A stretch of 28,910 nt of DNA from Octopus sinensis (GCF_006345805.1 NW_021832500.1:1-28910); one strand, 5' to 3'; positions 1-11,470 are shown, counted from the stretch's first letter. The notes: generated from the sequence alone by a model not told the origin. Program-made: numbers and translations.

Positions 1-130
1 GTATTTGCCCCCCTACCATCGCGCGTATTGCTTGACAATGGATCTAGCGTTCTGTAAAAGACTCTGATAGAATAATTACCAGGCTTACAAAGAAGTGCTG
101 GGCGCATCAAATGACTGAAACAATGAAAGA
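1..130 (+). mobile_element. Degenerate 3' half of SINE family A
   Basis: ttgccccccta...cttgacaa...gatagaataattaccaggcttacaaag...caaatgactgaaacaa resembles the 3' half of the full-length copy at 17586-18021. Confidence 0.6.
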
Positions 131-131
131 T

Positions 132-315
132 TATACATCATACATTCATACATACATATGTAAGTATGTTATATATATAATATATATACATATACATATA
201 TAATATATATATATTTATTATATATATACATATATTATATATATGTATATATATATAATATATATATATTATATATATAATATCTAATATGTGTGTGGGT
301 GTGTGTGTGTGTATA
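132..315. repeat. (TA)n/(CATA)n/(GT)n compound microsatellite
   Basis: Seen directly. Confidence 0.95.
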
Positions 316-631
316 TAAGGACACAGGGAAAAAGAATGTGTCGAAGCTGTCAGGAGGCGCTCGATGCCTCCTAGGGCTATACAACGGTAGTGTACCCCCT
401 ACTGTCACGTTCTTGTTAGATTGACAGTATACAACCATTCTATCGCCCCACCACCGTACAGGTATCTACGAGAGATTTAGAAGTTCAATATTTCTTATAT
501 ATATATATACAAGCATACACATAGATATACTTGTGTGTTATATATGTATATATATACATGTAATATATGGACACATATACACAACTATACATAAACTACT
601 ACGTGCCTATTGCATGTGGGAGAATGTTTAA

Positions 632-795
632 CAGAAAGAGAGAGAGATGACAGAGAGGGAAAAGGAGACACAGACAGAGAGAAGAGAGGATTGAGATGAG
701 AGAGCCAGAGAAGGGAAACAAACAGAGCGAGAGAGAGACCGAGAGAGAGAGAGAGATAGAAAGAGAGAGCGACAGCCAGACAGACAGACAGAGAA
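632..795. repeat. (GA)n/(GACA)n purine tract
   Basis: Seen directly; it accounts for ORFs 599..874 and 696..923. Confidence 0.95.
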
Positions 796-907
796 AGAAT
801 AAGTCTGCAGTCGATAGCACGAAGGAAAATAAACTTCTGGGATTCACCAGCGCTTTCCTGAACACTAGCATCATTGGCAGATTGACAGCGGTTACAAGAA
901 CAATATT

Positions 908-1011
908 TTACAACTTAAAATAACAACCGACAGCGAATAACAGAAATATACCTGCAACAAGAACAAGAACAACAACAACAACAACAACCGTTTCACACAT
1001 TGTATACACAC
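908..1011 (-). CDS. Candidate terminal coding exon with a hydrophobic transmembrane-like segment: (G)VYTMCETVVVVVVVLVLVAGIFLLFAVGCYFKL*
   Basis: Acceptor tattgctttcag|GT at 1011, and a second in-frame acceptor cttgttcttgttgcag|GT at 951. Phase 1 matches the donor at 1310. TAA at 910-908. Partly built from a (GTT)n repeat, so it could be coincidental. Confidence 0.3.
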
Positions 1012-1065
1012 CTGAAAGCAATATAAGCCCCGCTACCCGTCAACATAACACGTATATCTGTGTGA

Positions 1066-1068
<3 letters not shown>

Positions 1069-1104
<36 letters not shown>

Positions 1105-1210
1105 TATATGTAGGTCCCGGGTTGAGTCGGGGTTAACCACAGTAAATAAGGTACTCAATACATAGCAGAGTAAATTAATTTATTTTATAGAAGCTCCTTC
1201 TATAAAATAA

Positions 1211-1262
<52 letters not shown>

Positions 1263-1291
1263 ATACATATATATGTATATACATATATATA
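1069..1291. repeat. (TA)n/(TATG)n microsatellites flanking a ~90-bp non-satellite insert (1110-1199)
   Basis: Seen directly. The insert gtaggtcccgggttgagtcgggg... looks like a dispersed-repeat fragment but could not be classified. Confidence 0.85.
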
Positions 1292-1309
1292 CTGAACGAT
1301 CAATCTTAC

Positions 1310-1523
1310 CTTGGTACTCCTTCTTCGCGCCGCTCAAAGAGCGTAAATCAATAACACCTCCCTGTACTTTGGCGAAGCATTTCTTAAACGTCGTCTTTTC
1401 GTCTTTTATGGTAAAACAATTCACAACATTAGATGAGAATTGGTCCTGTAACATCATCGTAAAATATAGAATCAATGAGAACTTTGAAAGCGATTTTGGT
1501 GAAGATTTCACTAAGCAACTCAT
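1310..1523 (-). CDS. Candidate coding exon of an unknown protein: MSCLVKSSPKSLSKFSLILYFTMMLQDQFSSNVVNCFTIKDEKTTFKKCFAKVQGGVIDLRSLSGAKKEYQ(G)
   Basis: ATG in gcaaacATG context, 71 open non-repetitive codons, strong donor CAAG|GTAAGA at 1310 (phase 1). The hydrophobic FSLILYFTMML stretch is signal-like. An internal phase-0 acceptor gttacag|GAC lies at 1445. The family is not recognised with certainty. Confidence 0.5.
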
Positions 1524-1867
1524 GTTTGCTTTGAGGAATATAGTACCGAAACCTTCTTGTGGTTTTTACGACAGCGTTTCTTGTGAAACTCTAGAATTTA
1601 TTTTTATATTTTAGTTTATATATATATATTTTTTTCATTACAACTGCCTTTTTGGACAGTTTATATTTAGTTTTCGCCGTGTTTTGTTTTTCTTTTTTTT
1701 TCACTTTTTAAAATTTTATCTATCTATCTTTTTCGGTCATGTTTGTCGCTTTTCCGCCGAGTTTATGTTTTTCGACTCTTATTTAATAGAATGCATGTAT
1801 GTATTATGTATTATGTATACGTATGTATAATCAGTCGAAGCAAACAAATGTGTTTATCTTAGTAACT

Positions 1868-1905
<38 letters not shown>

Positions 1906-2026
1906 ACGGGGGTGGCGGGTATAGTGTTCGTAGGTGGTGGCGGTGGTGTGAGTGTAGTTAAGATTAGCAGCAAAACAAGAAGTTATGATTATGTGACGAT
2001 GAAAAGAAAAAAAACTCTTTCTTTGC
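1524..2026 (-). other. Candidate A-rich 5'UTR portion of the same exon
   Basis: Strong acceptor catttttacttttgcag|GC at 2026. A-rich on the minus strand with short uORFs; contains a (CTA)n repeat at 1868-1904. Confidence 0.35.
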
Positions 2027-2099
2027 CTGCAAAAGTAAAAATGAAATATTTTATTTTTTATTTGTTTTGGAAAGACACATCGAGTGATGAGTGATATTA

Positions 2100-2341
2100 T
2101 ATATGTATGAGAACAGTCACGTACATATACACGCACACATACACACATGAATGTGTGTGTGTGTGGATCTAAATATTTAGGCACACAGGCACCTACGTAC
2201 ACGCATACATATATATACATATCACGATTTTTTTCATGTACGTATGTACGTACGTGCGTATGTATGTATCTATCAAGCTATCTATCTATCTATATTTATA
2301 TCTATATATATATATATGTATTATATTATATATACATATAC

Positions 2342-2373
<32 letters not shown>

Positions 2374-2756
2374 TATATATATAATATAATATATATATAT
2401 GTATGTATGTTATGTATGTATATATATATGTATGTTGTATGCATGTATGTATGTATCTATGTATGTATGTATGTATTTATATATATTACTTTCTCTCTTT
2501 TTTTTTCTCTCTCTCTCTCTCTATATATATATATACATATATGAATATATAAATACATGCACACATATATCTATATGCATACATTCACACACACATACAC
2601 ACACACAAATATCTATAGGCATACATTCACACATACACATACACGTATATAAGCATACATTCATACATACACAGACACACATATATAGGCATACATACAT
2701 TCATACATACATACACTCACACATATATACACGCATACATTCGTTCACACACACAA

Positions 2757-2788
<32 letters not shown>

Positions 2789-2925
2789 TTGATGGGATAT
2801 ATGCATATGAATATATTTCACATAAGATATATAAGATTTTGTTTATCTGTGTGTATTCCTCCCTGTGCGCGCGTGTATATATTTGTGCGTGTGCGTACGT
2901 GCTTTTTTGTGTATGTGTATGTGTG
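2100..2925. repeat. Long compound TA/CA/TG/TATG microsatellite
   Basis: Seen directly; it accounts for the YI/HT/CV-rich ORFs. Confidence 0.95.
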
Positions 2926-2932
2926 AGCTTAC

Positions 2933-3162
2933 CTGTGTGAATTCAGGTATAGTTATACATGATATAGGCGCCATAATGGTACCGTTTTAGTGATAACTGC
3001 TTTTTGCAGCCCACCTTATTCCTCCAGATGTCAAAAATAAATTCTTTATTGTAACACAACGGTAAGCTGATAATGACAGTACCGACAGAGGTACTAACAA
3101 CCAAAAGAAATAGTAACCAAATACCTCTCTTGATATTGTATATAATTTAATATGCATTATAC
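2933..3162 (-). other. Candidate 230-nt exon (5'UTR with uORF, or coding exon with one in-frame stop)
   Basis: Acceptor ctcgcctttcctttgtag|GT at 3162 with a CTGAAC branch-like motif upstream; consensus donor CAG|GTAAGC at 2933. One frame is open except for a single TAA at 2989-2987. Confidence 0.45.
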
Positions 3163-3304
3163 CTACAAAGGAAAGGCGAGATGGCCACGGAAGGATTATG
3201 TTCAGTCATAGGTCGACTCAACCTGGATTGGTGTGGGGCTAAACAGATACAGCAATAATAGTAGAAATATTAATGATTCAATGATAATTGGAGCTTGAGA
3301 TATA

Positions 3305-3480
3305 AGTAGTAGTAGTTGTAGTAGTAGTATTAGTAGTAGCAGCAGCAGCTGTAGTAGTGGTAGTAGTGGTAGTAGTAGCAGCAGTAGTAGCAGCAGTAGT
3401 AGTAGTGGCAGCAGCAGCAGTAGTAGTAGTAATAGCAGCAGCAGCAGCAGCAGTAGTAGTTGTAGCATCAGCTGTAGTGA

Positions 3481-3536
<56 letters not shown>

Positions 3537-3540
3537 ATGG
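3305..3540. repeat. (TAG)n/(CAG)n trinucleotide repeat
   Basis: Seen directly. Confidence 0.95.
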
Positions 3541-3599
3541 TGACATATATACAAAAATGACCGAATTTTGAATATTGGTTAATAGAGCTGAACGGAGCG

Positions 3600-3607
3600 T
3601 GCGTATG

Positions 3608-3640
<33 letters not shown>

Positions 3641-3890
3641 TTGTGTGTGTGAGTGAGTGTATGTTATGTGTACATATACACGCATATACATATATATATA
3701 CATACATATATGAATATATGTGTATGTGTATATATACATATATAGATATATAAACATGTATATGTGTCTGTGAAAGTATGTACGTATGTAGATCACTCTT
3801 TGTGTGAGTGTGTGTGTGTGTGTGTGTATGCGTGTGTGTGTTTGTGCTTGCAGTGTTTATAATGTGTGATATGTATGGGTGTGAGTGTAA
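3600..3890. repeat. TA/TG compound microsatellite
   Basis: Seen directly. Confidence 0.9.
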
Positions 3891-3931
3891 ACAAAAAAAT
3901 AGAACAAGTATATGAATTTTATCACGAAACA

Positions 3932-4467
<536 letters not shown>

Positions 4468-4627
4468 TGTAAGCGGCAGCAGGTTAGCACTGATCAGGAG
4501 CTGTGTGGGGCGGGGGGAAGAGAAATGCTGATGTGCTAAAGTTTAAGCGATGTTTATTTGGTATCGTAAGCGGCAGTCATCAGCGAGGTTGGTTCAGACA
4601 TGTAAGCCACCAGTAATGACATACGAA

Positions 4628-4925
4628 ATGGATAGATAGATAGATAGACAGACAGATAGAGATAGAGAGAGAGATATAGACAGATAGAGAGAGAGAGAAA
4701 GAGATGCATACATACATACATACATACATACATACATACATACATGCATACAGACGTACACGTATATACTTGCATTTAACCTTATAATGTATGTATGTTA
4801 GTATTTATGTTAATTTGGGTGTTGGTATTTTCAAGGAGTTTGTCAGAGTGACATAACATTTACAGATAGTGTATTTTAATACCGAAATGAGAATGAATTA
4901 AATTCAATTATATATACATACATAC

Positions 4926-4983
<58 letters not shown>

Positions 4984-4991
4984 TAGATAGG

Positions 4992-5058
<67 letters not shown>

Positions 5059-5059
5059 G

Positions 5060-5119
<60 letters not shown>

Positions 5120-5140
5120 CAGACGGATATATATATATAC
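4628..5140. repeat. (GATA)n, (GA)n and (CATA)n arrays (4628-4770 and 4910-5140)
   Basis: Seen directly. Confidence 0.9.
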
Positions 5141-5244
5141 TTCTTATATAGGATGAAGTTTTTTTGCAGAAAAAAATTCCATCAAAAAATGTGGCAGCAT
5201 ATTAAAATACCTTTACGGTTAAAATTATAAACAACTTATAAATA

Positions 5245-5393
5245 AGGGCTAAAGAAAATTATTTCAATGCCAATATGCTGAGATTTCAGTTCTTCGTGTT
5301 TTTCTCTGAAGCGGGTAAATAATATGTGGAAATTGACGATATATAAGTCTGTATGATCAGCATATTGGCATTAAAATAATTTTCTTCAGCCCT
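5245..5393. repeat. 37-bp inverted repeat with a 75-nt spacer (MITE-like or hairpin)
   Basis: agggctaaagaaaattatttcaatgccaatatgctga (5245-5281) matches the reverse complement of 5357-5393 at 35/37. Confidence 0.85.
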
Positions 5394-5403
5394 CAATTAT
5401 TAG

Positions 5404-5436
<33 letters not shown>

Positions 5437-6026
5437 GATGTAGATATCAGTGACAGATCTACTACAAAACTAATGAATCTTGCGCTTCAGGGCCTTTGAG
5501 CAACTTAATTTCTTCAATCTATCATTTTTGTTTTTGTCTTTGTTTTTCTATTCTGCCACGCAGCTTGCTGTTACCAGTTTTAGTGGATGTCATATTATAC
5601 TCCTACGCAGAAACTAGACAAACAGTGTCTATCCACGAGTTGTTCACCTGTTCTTTCTGCCGGTGTGGAGTAGCACAAAATAATAAAAGTTCTAACGACT
5701 CGCAGATAATTCGCTTTACTTGAAGAATTATTTTGGAACCTTCAGCCCAGTCCCTCCCATTGTCAAATATGTCTACTAATACATCAGCATAGCAGAGATA
5801 AGAATTCTTATTTTCATACCGTTACAATGAAAGGGTTTACCTTTTAACTTTGGACTTACAATTTGCTCATCAACGAAGCATTTTATCTACTTTAAAAATT
5901 GTTTGAATACCATCTCGTGCAAAATGAACAATTCTTCATTTATGGTTATATATTAAGTTTTGGACTCTTATCATGATCGATCTCTGTCTCGCTGTGGCTA
6001 ATGAAAATATTACCCCAATCTTTGGT

Positions 6027-6473
6027 CAGATAGTTCTATGCCCCAAGAGGAAAAGCAATGCCTTGAAGAAAGTACTTCAGCGGATACCAGAAACGCCAAC
6101 TCAAGGAAAATCAATCTAACGAAATTTCTAAATGTCAAAAACTATCAAACTATTTTACAATGATGTGTAAAAGTTTGTCATCACCTGCAACTGAAACTCA
6201 GCCATGCAAACACCAGTGAAGTCAATGGTTGTGCACAAACCAGAGGTGCTCTGTTTAGCAATAAACAACCTATTGTTGGCAGTTTAGGTGCAGATGATGA
6301 ACACAGTGGTCAAGAACTTCAAGAAAAGAGAGAGAGAGCAGAAACAGGAAACAGGAAGCAAATTTAGTGATTTCAAAGAACACAGTAACCTGGCAAATTG
6401 GCCTGTAATAATTGATAATGATTTCATACAGAACTATTTAATGCAAGACATTAGTTCTTTTTTTAATTTTTAA
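6027..6473 (+). pseudogene. Possible decayed N-terminal fragment of a hAT-type (ZMYM1-like) transposase
   Basis: Broken frames; NLANWPVIIDNDFIQNYL resembles the DPxxWPxxi motif that precedes the zinc finger in hAT transposases. Weak, recalled similarity. Confidence 0.3.
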
Positions 6474-6474
6474 C

Positions 6475-6576
6475 TATAGCCACAGACCAAGCAAAACCTT
6501 GTGAGTGGATCTGGCAGACGGAAACTGAAAGAATCCTGTTATGTGTGTGTGTGTATGTATGTATGTGTGTGTGTGT

Positions 6577-6609
<33 letters not shown>

Positions 6610-6790
6610 GGTGTGTGTGTGTGTGTCTTTGTGTCTGTGTTTGTGTCTGTGTTTGTCCGCCACTACAGCGCTTTACAACGGGTGTTTGTTTCTTTATCTC
6701 TCCAAAAGCATAGCGGTTCTACAAAGGGAACCGATTGAATATGTACCATGTTTAAGAATAAGTCGCTTGACTAAAAATCCTTGAAGGCAT
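6475..6790 (+). mobile_element. 5'-truncated SINE family A with internal (TG)n
   Basis: tatagcc..gacc..accttgtgagtggatctggcagacggaaactgaaagaa-(TG)n-...catggccgcag, collinear with 17586-18021. Confidence 0.8.
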
Positions 6791-7329
6791 TGCTGTACCA
6801 TGGCCGCAGGCTAATGATTGAAACAAGAAAAAGATAGAGATAAATGTTTAGCAGATATTAGAACACGTAGGACAAATCATTTCTTTACTTATTCTTCTAA
6901 AGAAGAGCTCGTTCTTTTGTCAGATTCATCGGTTCTGCGAGTTATCTTTGACGAAAGAGACACACAAGAAGGTCGAAACATCGCAATGTCTTCAAATCCC
7001 CTTGCACCGGTAAATTGCGTCTGCTATGAACACAAATCGCATAAAGGGAAGACACCCCCTCTGATGACGAAAAGCAACAATGACAACATATTTTGTGTTC
7101 GAATTTGCGAAAATATATCGCGAATTAATAGTAACGTTACTTTTGGATTATTGCTGTTTTGCGTCCATCTCATAAATTATTATCAGTTTGGCAGGCTTCA
7201 GCTCGCGTCTGTGTTTTTGTTGATTTCTATAAACAAGAGCTGATGCTCTTTTCAGATTCATCGCTCCGGCGTGTTAACTTTTTTTACTGTGGATACAACA
7301 AGAGAGGTCACGCAAACCTTGTCTCTTTT

Positions 7330-8290
7330 AACTCCAAACATTTCAAGCCTTATCAATATCAAGGAAACACCAGCACACTACATCCCTCTAAACGTGAGTA
7401 GCACTCGGCTAGAGCCCACTAATAGGTCCTTCAATGCTGCCCCTGCTAACGAAAGTACATTATTGGCATAGCTAGGACTACGTTCCAAAAATCTATTTCT
7501 TTTCTTCGGAGTTAGAAAATATTTAAACCCTGAACAGTTTCTGACAGTCTACAAAGCTCGACAGAGGCCAACAACCGAAGTCTGCTTCCCCAACTGATAC
7601 TGTACTGGTGCTACATCCACAGACATCCTGGTCAGCATCAAGCGAAAGGCCACTCGAGTAATTTGTTAAGTGTGTATGCAAACACTAAAGAACACGCTTC
7701 GGCCTCTGACTGGCGCAATATTTCCCTCTCTCCCCTTCTCTTTAGCCTTCTCTTCCGCTCTCTTTTCTTATCTTTTCCCCTCTCTCTCCCTCTATCCGTT
7801 GCTCCCTCTCTCTTTCCTTTTCCCCTTCCTCCCTCTCTCACCCCTTCATTTTCCTTCTGTCTTCCATCTTACCTCTCTCTCATTATCTCTCTCTTTCCTT
7901 CTACCTCTACGTCTCTTTCCATTTCTCTTTCCTTTTCCCTCTATCCTTTCCGTCTCATTTTTCTATCGTTTATTACTACAATGGCCTTTGTTCTCTGAAA
8001 CTGGGTGACCTCTAACACTTCGTACCTCAGACACACTCACCTTCTAGCTACCTTCAACCTTTATACGTCCGCCACCGAACCATTACTCCCAATTCATTCT
8101 GTCCAGAAGCTCGGAACTCTCGAATCTTCCTTTCATGCCTTACTTGCTGATGTTGGCTTGAAACAGTTAAAACGATACATCAATAATATCAACCGGGCTG
8201 GTCTCGTAGAACTCAAAAGGCCATAGGCAATAACCCCTCCTCTGGACTCGACAATAATAAAGGAAACTGGACTATATCTTGCCGATGTCC
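7330..8290 (+). mobile_element. Decayed CR1/L2-type LINE 3' region (post-RT thumb and C-terminus), split by a CT-rich tract at 7722-7955
   Basis: Translated fragments RKYLNPEQFLTVYKA..RP, IKRKATRVI, LRPL and FYR.YYNGLCS follow the typical CR1/L2-type ORF2 C-terminal order; stops and frameshifts are present. Confidence 0.7.
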
Positions 8291-8722
8291 TAGACATAAA
8301 AACGAAGGCACTATCAAAATGAAGGAATACGGAAGCCGAGTAAAGGAGCAGGTCTGAAGATATCCATCGGCATAAGAACCACGATTATTTTTAATTTGTA
8401 GACACGGAAACCTATCTAATTGCTAGATTAGGATCAGAGGCTGTAATATTGGCTAAGATATCTAACATAAACACGATTTTTTTTCAGTGAACAGGCAGCA
8501 CGGATTTTTTGTCAGTGAACAGGTCGCGGTCTTAAAGCGACGAAAATATTTTGACAAATTAAGTTTAAATGTTGAAGTGAATCGAACGGCTTTTGTTTGT
8601 TTCTTAAATGGCTTACAAACATCTTCCACGCTGCAATTGTTTTCGTTTCGGCACACGATCTCAGATCAAATCACTTGCTATGCAAGTACATCTCCGTAAT
8701 ATCTAACATAACTTGTAGCAAA

Positions 8723-8765
8723 TTCTGTTGTGTCCGGGGAGAGTCATTCACTTTTAGTGCCTTAT
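8723..8765 (-). repeat. Dispersed repeat fragment (inverted copy of 11705-11747)
   Basis: ttctgttgtgtccggggagagtcattcacttttagtgccttat matches the reverse complement of 11705-11747 at about 39/43. Confidence 0.75.
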
Positions 8766-9201
8766 TATTTGGAGCAAATGTTTTGATTTAAAGTACGAAG
8801 CTAGAGGGAGCTTAATTACTTTTTCTAACAACAACACTAGCACATCTAAACTAACAAGTAATCGGAATTCACAATGAACAATTGTTATACATTCTAACTT
8901 TTAATCTTCTCTTTATAACAAAGGCCCACCGGCGCGATGTGCATGCACCAAAACTTTCATTTTCTTCATGGAAGATAAAGAATAGAGAATGTTGAACTTC
9001 ATATAAACTTCGTTCTATAACAACTCATTAACCTTTTACGTAATGAAGCAATAATTAAGTAATTTTTTGCATTAAAGATTATTGCAGATATTTAGCTTGT
9101 TATTTTCATTTTGTGCGAATAATTGTTAAAGAAATAATCAACCATTACTGCTGCATTAATCATTTCCCATCCACGATATTATGATCATGAACGCGCGCCT
9201 T

Positions 9202-9229
9202 CACACACACACAGACACACAGACACACA

Positions 9230-9290
<61 letters not shown>

Positions 9291-9333
9291 CACACACACA
9301 CACACACACACAAACACACACATAAACACACAC
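9202..9333. repeat. (CA)n microsatellite
   Basis: Seen directly. Confidence 0.97.
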
Positions 9334-9432
9334 ATTAAAACTACCTTACGACTGCTATTTGTGGAGTTACGAACCGTTCAGCGTATCGAAATATTGTGCT
9401 AGGTAATTACTTGGAAGTGCTTTAACAAATTG

Positions 9433-10095
9433 CAGGGTATTTGGGCTAAATTTAACTTTTTGCATAAACGGAACAGAAAACAGAATATCTTATCCGAAAA
9501 TTAAAATATTTTTATAAATCAAAAACAGTTTATTCAAAATAGCCGTCCTTGCCTTGCACCCTAGCCTCAACACGACTCCAGGAAGATTTTCGAAAATCTC
9601 ATTCATCTTAACTACCAACTCGTCCTTTGTGCTTCATGCTGACTGGATAGTGTCTTTCTGAACCGCCGCCACGCCCCACCATGCATAGTAATCCGTGGGA
9701 CTGCAATGGGGAGGACTTAGGAATCCGGATACTGGGACTGATGGTCGTAGAAATTCTCAGACAACCACTTGAAACATTTTCCAGAGTATGGCAAGAAGTC
9801 GAATGCTGTTGCCACACATATGTCTTTCCAACAGCAACACTCTGCAGCCGAGGTTTGACCACAGCCTACAGCAGCTTCCCAAAGCCGTCTGAAATGAGAC
9901 TAAGGCCCTGTTCGTACAGTTGTTAGATGAACTCCGGCGTGCAGATGCAGTCAAGAAGTCTGCTGTGTCCCTTCTTGCTGGTGGCTTTCTCCGTTGCTGC
10001 TTTCTATGTCACGTCTTACAGCTTTTCGGTGTTCACATATCATTGAGCAGCAGTCATGATGTCGGCATTTTGAAACCCAGCAATCATCATCATGA
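9433..10095 (-). mobile_element. Decayed, internally deleted Tc1/mariner-superfamily transposon of the maT/DD37D type
   Basis: Minus-strand VVKPRLQSVAVGKTYVWQQHS..CHT, a PxSP..DYYAW-like motif, STKDELVVKMNEIF and KDGYFE* (stop 9532-9530). A cagggt TIR-like end lies at 9433. Confidence 0.75.
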
Positions 10096-10127
10096 TACAG
10101 ATAGCACTTTACCAATATTTAGATGTC

Positions 10128-10357
10128 TTATTTCTTTGTTGCCCACAAGGGGATAAACATAGAGTGGACAAACAAGGACAGACAAAGGGATTAAGTCGAT
10201 TATATAGACCCCAGTGTGTAACTGGTACTTATTTAATCGACCCCGAAAGAATGAAAGGCAAAGTCGACCTCGGCGGAATTTGAACTCAGAACGTAACGGC
10301 AGACGAAATACTGCTAAGCATTTCGGCGTGCTAACGTTTCTACCAACTCGTCGCCTT
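10128..10357 (-). mobile_element. SINE family B (tRNA-like head with A/B boxes, conserved central domain)
   Basis: Near-identical to the copies at 13459, 14158 and 20689; B box gagttcaaattcc. Confidence 0.92.
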
Positions 10358-10705
10358 TGTGATGGTTTCTTGTCCTCCAAGTCAGCGAATGATTTCGCAG
10401 TTACAGCTTCAATCTTCATGTTCTCCTGCATCGTTGATTGTTTACCGATTCAGCAAACTTTTCTGAAAAAGGAGAGATTTAAAAAATCGTCAAATTTAGC
10501 TCGAACACAATGCGTCTGCGAAAGAAATAAGACTTGTGGATCAAAAATTTCAGAATAAAAATGTAATAAATACATATTATGACAAGTTTGCTAACAAAAG
10601 TCAAATACATTGTGTTGAGGTATATTCTGTAACATCATATTCCGAATTTCGGAATTTCTGTCTTATTTGATCTGAAATTGCAGCTTAGCTTCTATAATGC
10701 TTACT

Positions 10706-11470
10706 TGCGAGGGTTGGCTGAAAGGATCATAGGCTGGCCAAGATTATTTCATGGAATGTGACCAAATGAGGTTTATTTTTTAACATAGTTCCCCTTGTGG
10801 TCCAAGCATTTCTTTCATCGGTGTTGTGATGCTTTCATCCCATTTGCGAAGAGGCTTTCATCCTGTTGGTAAGAAGTCATCAAAGATATATATGACATCA
10901 TCATCACTGTGATACTGCTTTTCAGCCAAATGTATTTTGTCTTTTCTTTTATTTCTTACGTTGTTTTCGTGTTGGAGAATAGATGATAGACAGATCGGAT
11001 CAAGTCAAGAGAAAATGGTGGACGATCCACCAGTTCAAAACCACAATCGCGCATAGAAGCAACTGAAGCCAAGTATTTGTGTGTTGGAGCACTATTCTCA
11101 TAAAACAAGACCTCTTCATGGTAGGTTCTGTTGGTGGTGTGGACCTTTTGAAGGGCTTTTGCAACCGAAACATCTGAGGCCAACAACCTTCCCTGCAAAT
11201 GAAAGGCTCTTAGCATTCTTCGGAGCAGGTAAGAAAATGTGTTTCTACGGCATGCATTGTCTCTTTGTCTGTGGTTCAAAGTGATGAATCGAACGTTCAT
11301 CCTGGGTTAGCGAACGTTCTCGAAAACCGGCTGGATCGGTTTCAACAATGTCAGATTTACCCTGCGCTTTTGATCGGGTATCAGAAGATGTGGTACCCAC
11401 CAAGCAGAAACTTTCGTCATGCTAAGTTCAAGAGAATCGCAATTGTTCAATGCAGAGCTATAATAAAAAA
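10706..11470 (-). mobile_element. Decayed mariner (DD34D) transposon, 5'-truncated
   Basis: Frameshifted motifs in order: MTKVSAWWVPHLL (WVPHEL-like), LTQDE..IHHFEPQTKRQ, LQKVHTTN, ENSAPTH, CGFELVDRPPFSLDL (YSPDL-like), KKCLDHKGNYVKK*. TIR cgagggttggctgaaa at 10708. Confidence 0.88.

Noticed and set aside
330-465. Possible next minus-strand exon after the 1310 donor, and a 7-bp hairpin aggaggc/gcctcct
   Set aside because: The phase-1 frame from acceptor ctctcgtag hits TAG after 8 codons; the hairpin is too short to be meaningful.
1249-1614. Plus-strand 121-aa ORF overlapping the candidate exon
   Set aside because: Its ATG lies in a microsatellite and its splice signals are weak; the minus-strand model has better start and donor context. 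Not fully excluded.
5470-5600. Minus-strand basic peptide resembling a hAT transposase N-terminus
   Set aside because: Two stops, a very short match, and opposite orientation to the 6.0-6.5 kb fragment.
7062-7075. CTGATGACGAAA hammerhead-like core, plus similar CTGANGA hits near 4580, 8355, 12057 and 27213
   Set aside because: No stem II or no correctly placed GAAA.
8459-8712. Short direct repeats (atatctaacataa twice; ttttt.tcagtgaacagg twice)
   Set aside because: Too short and few; compatible with local slippage.
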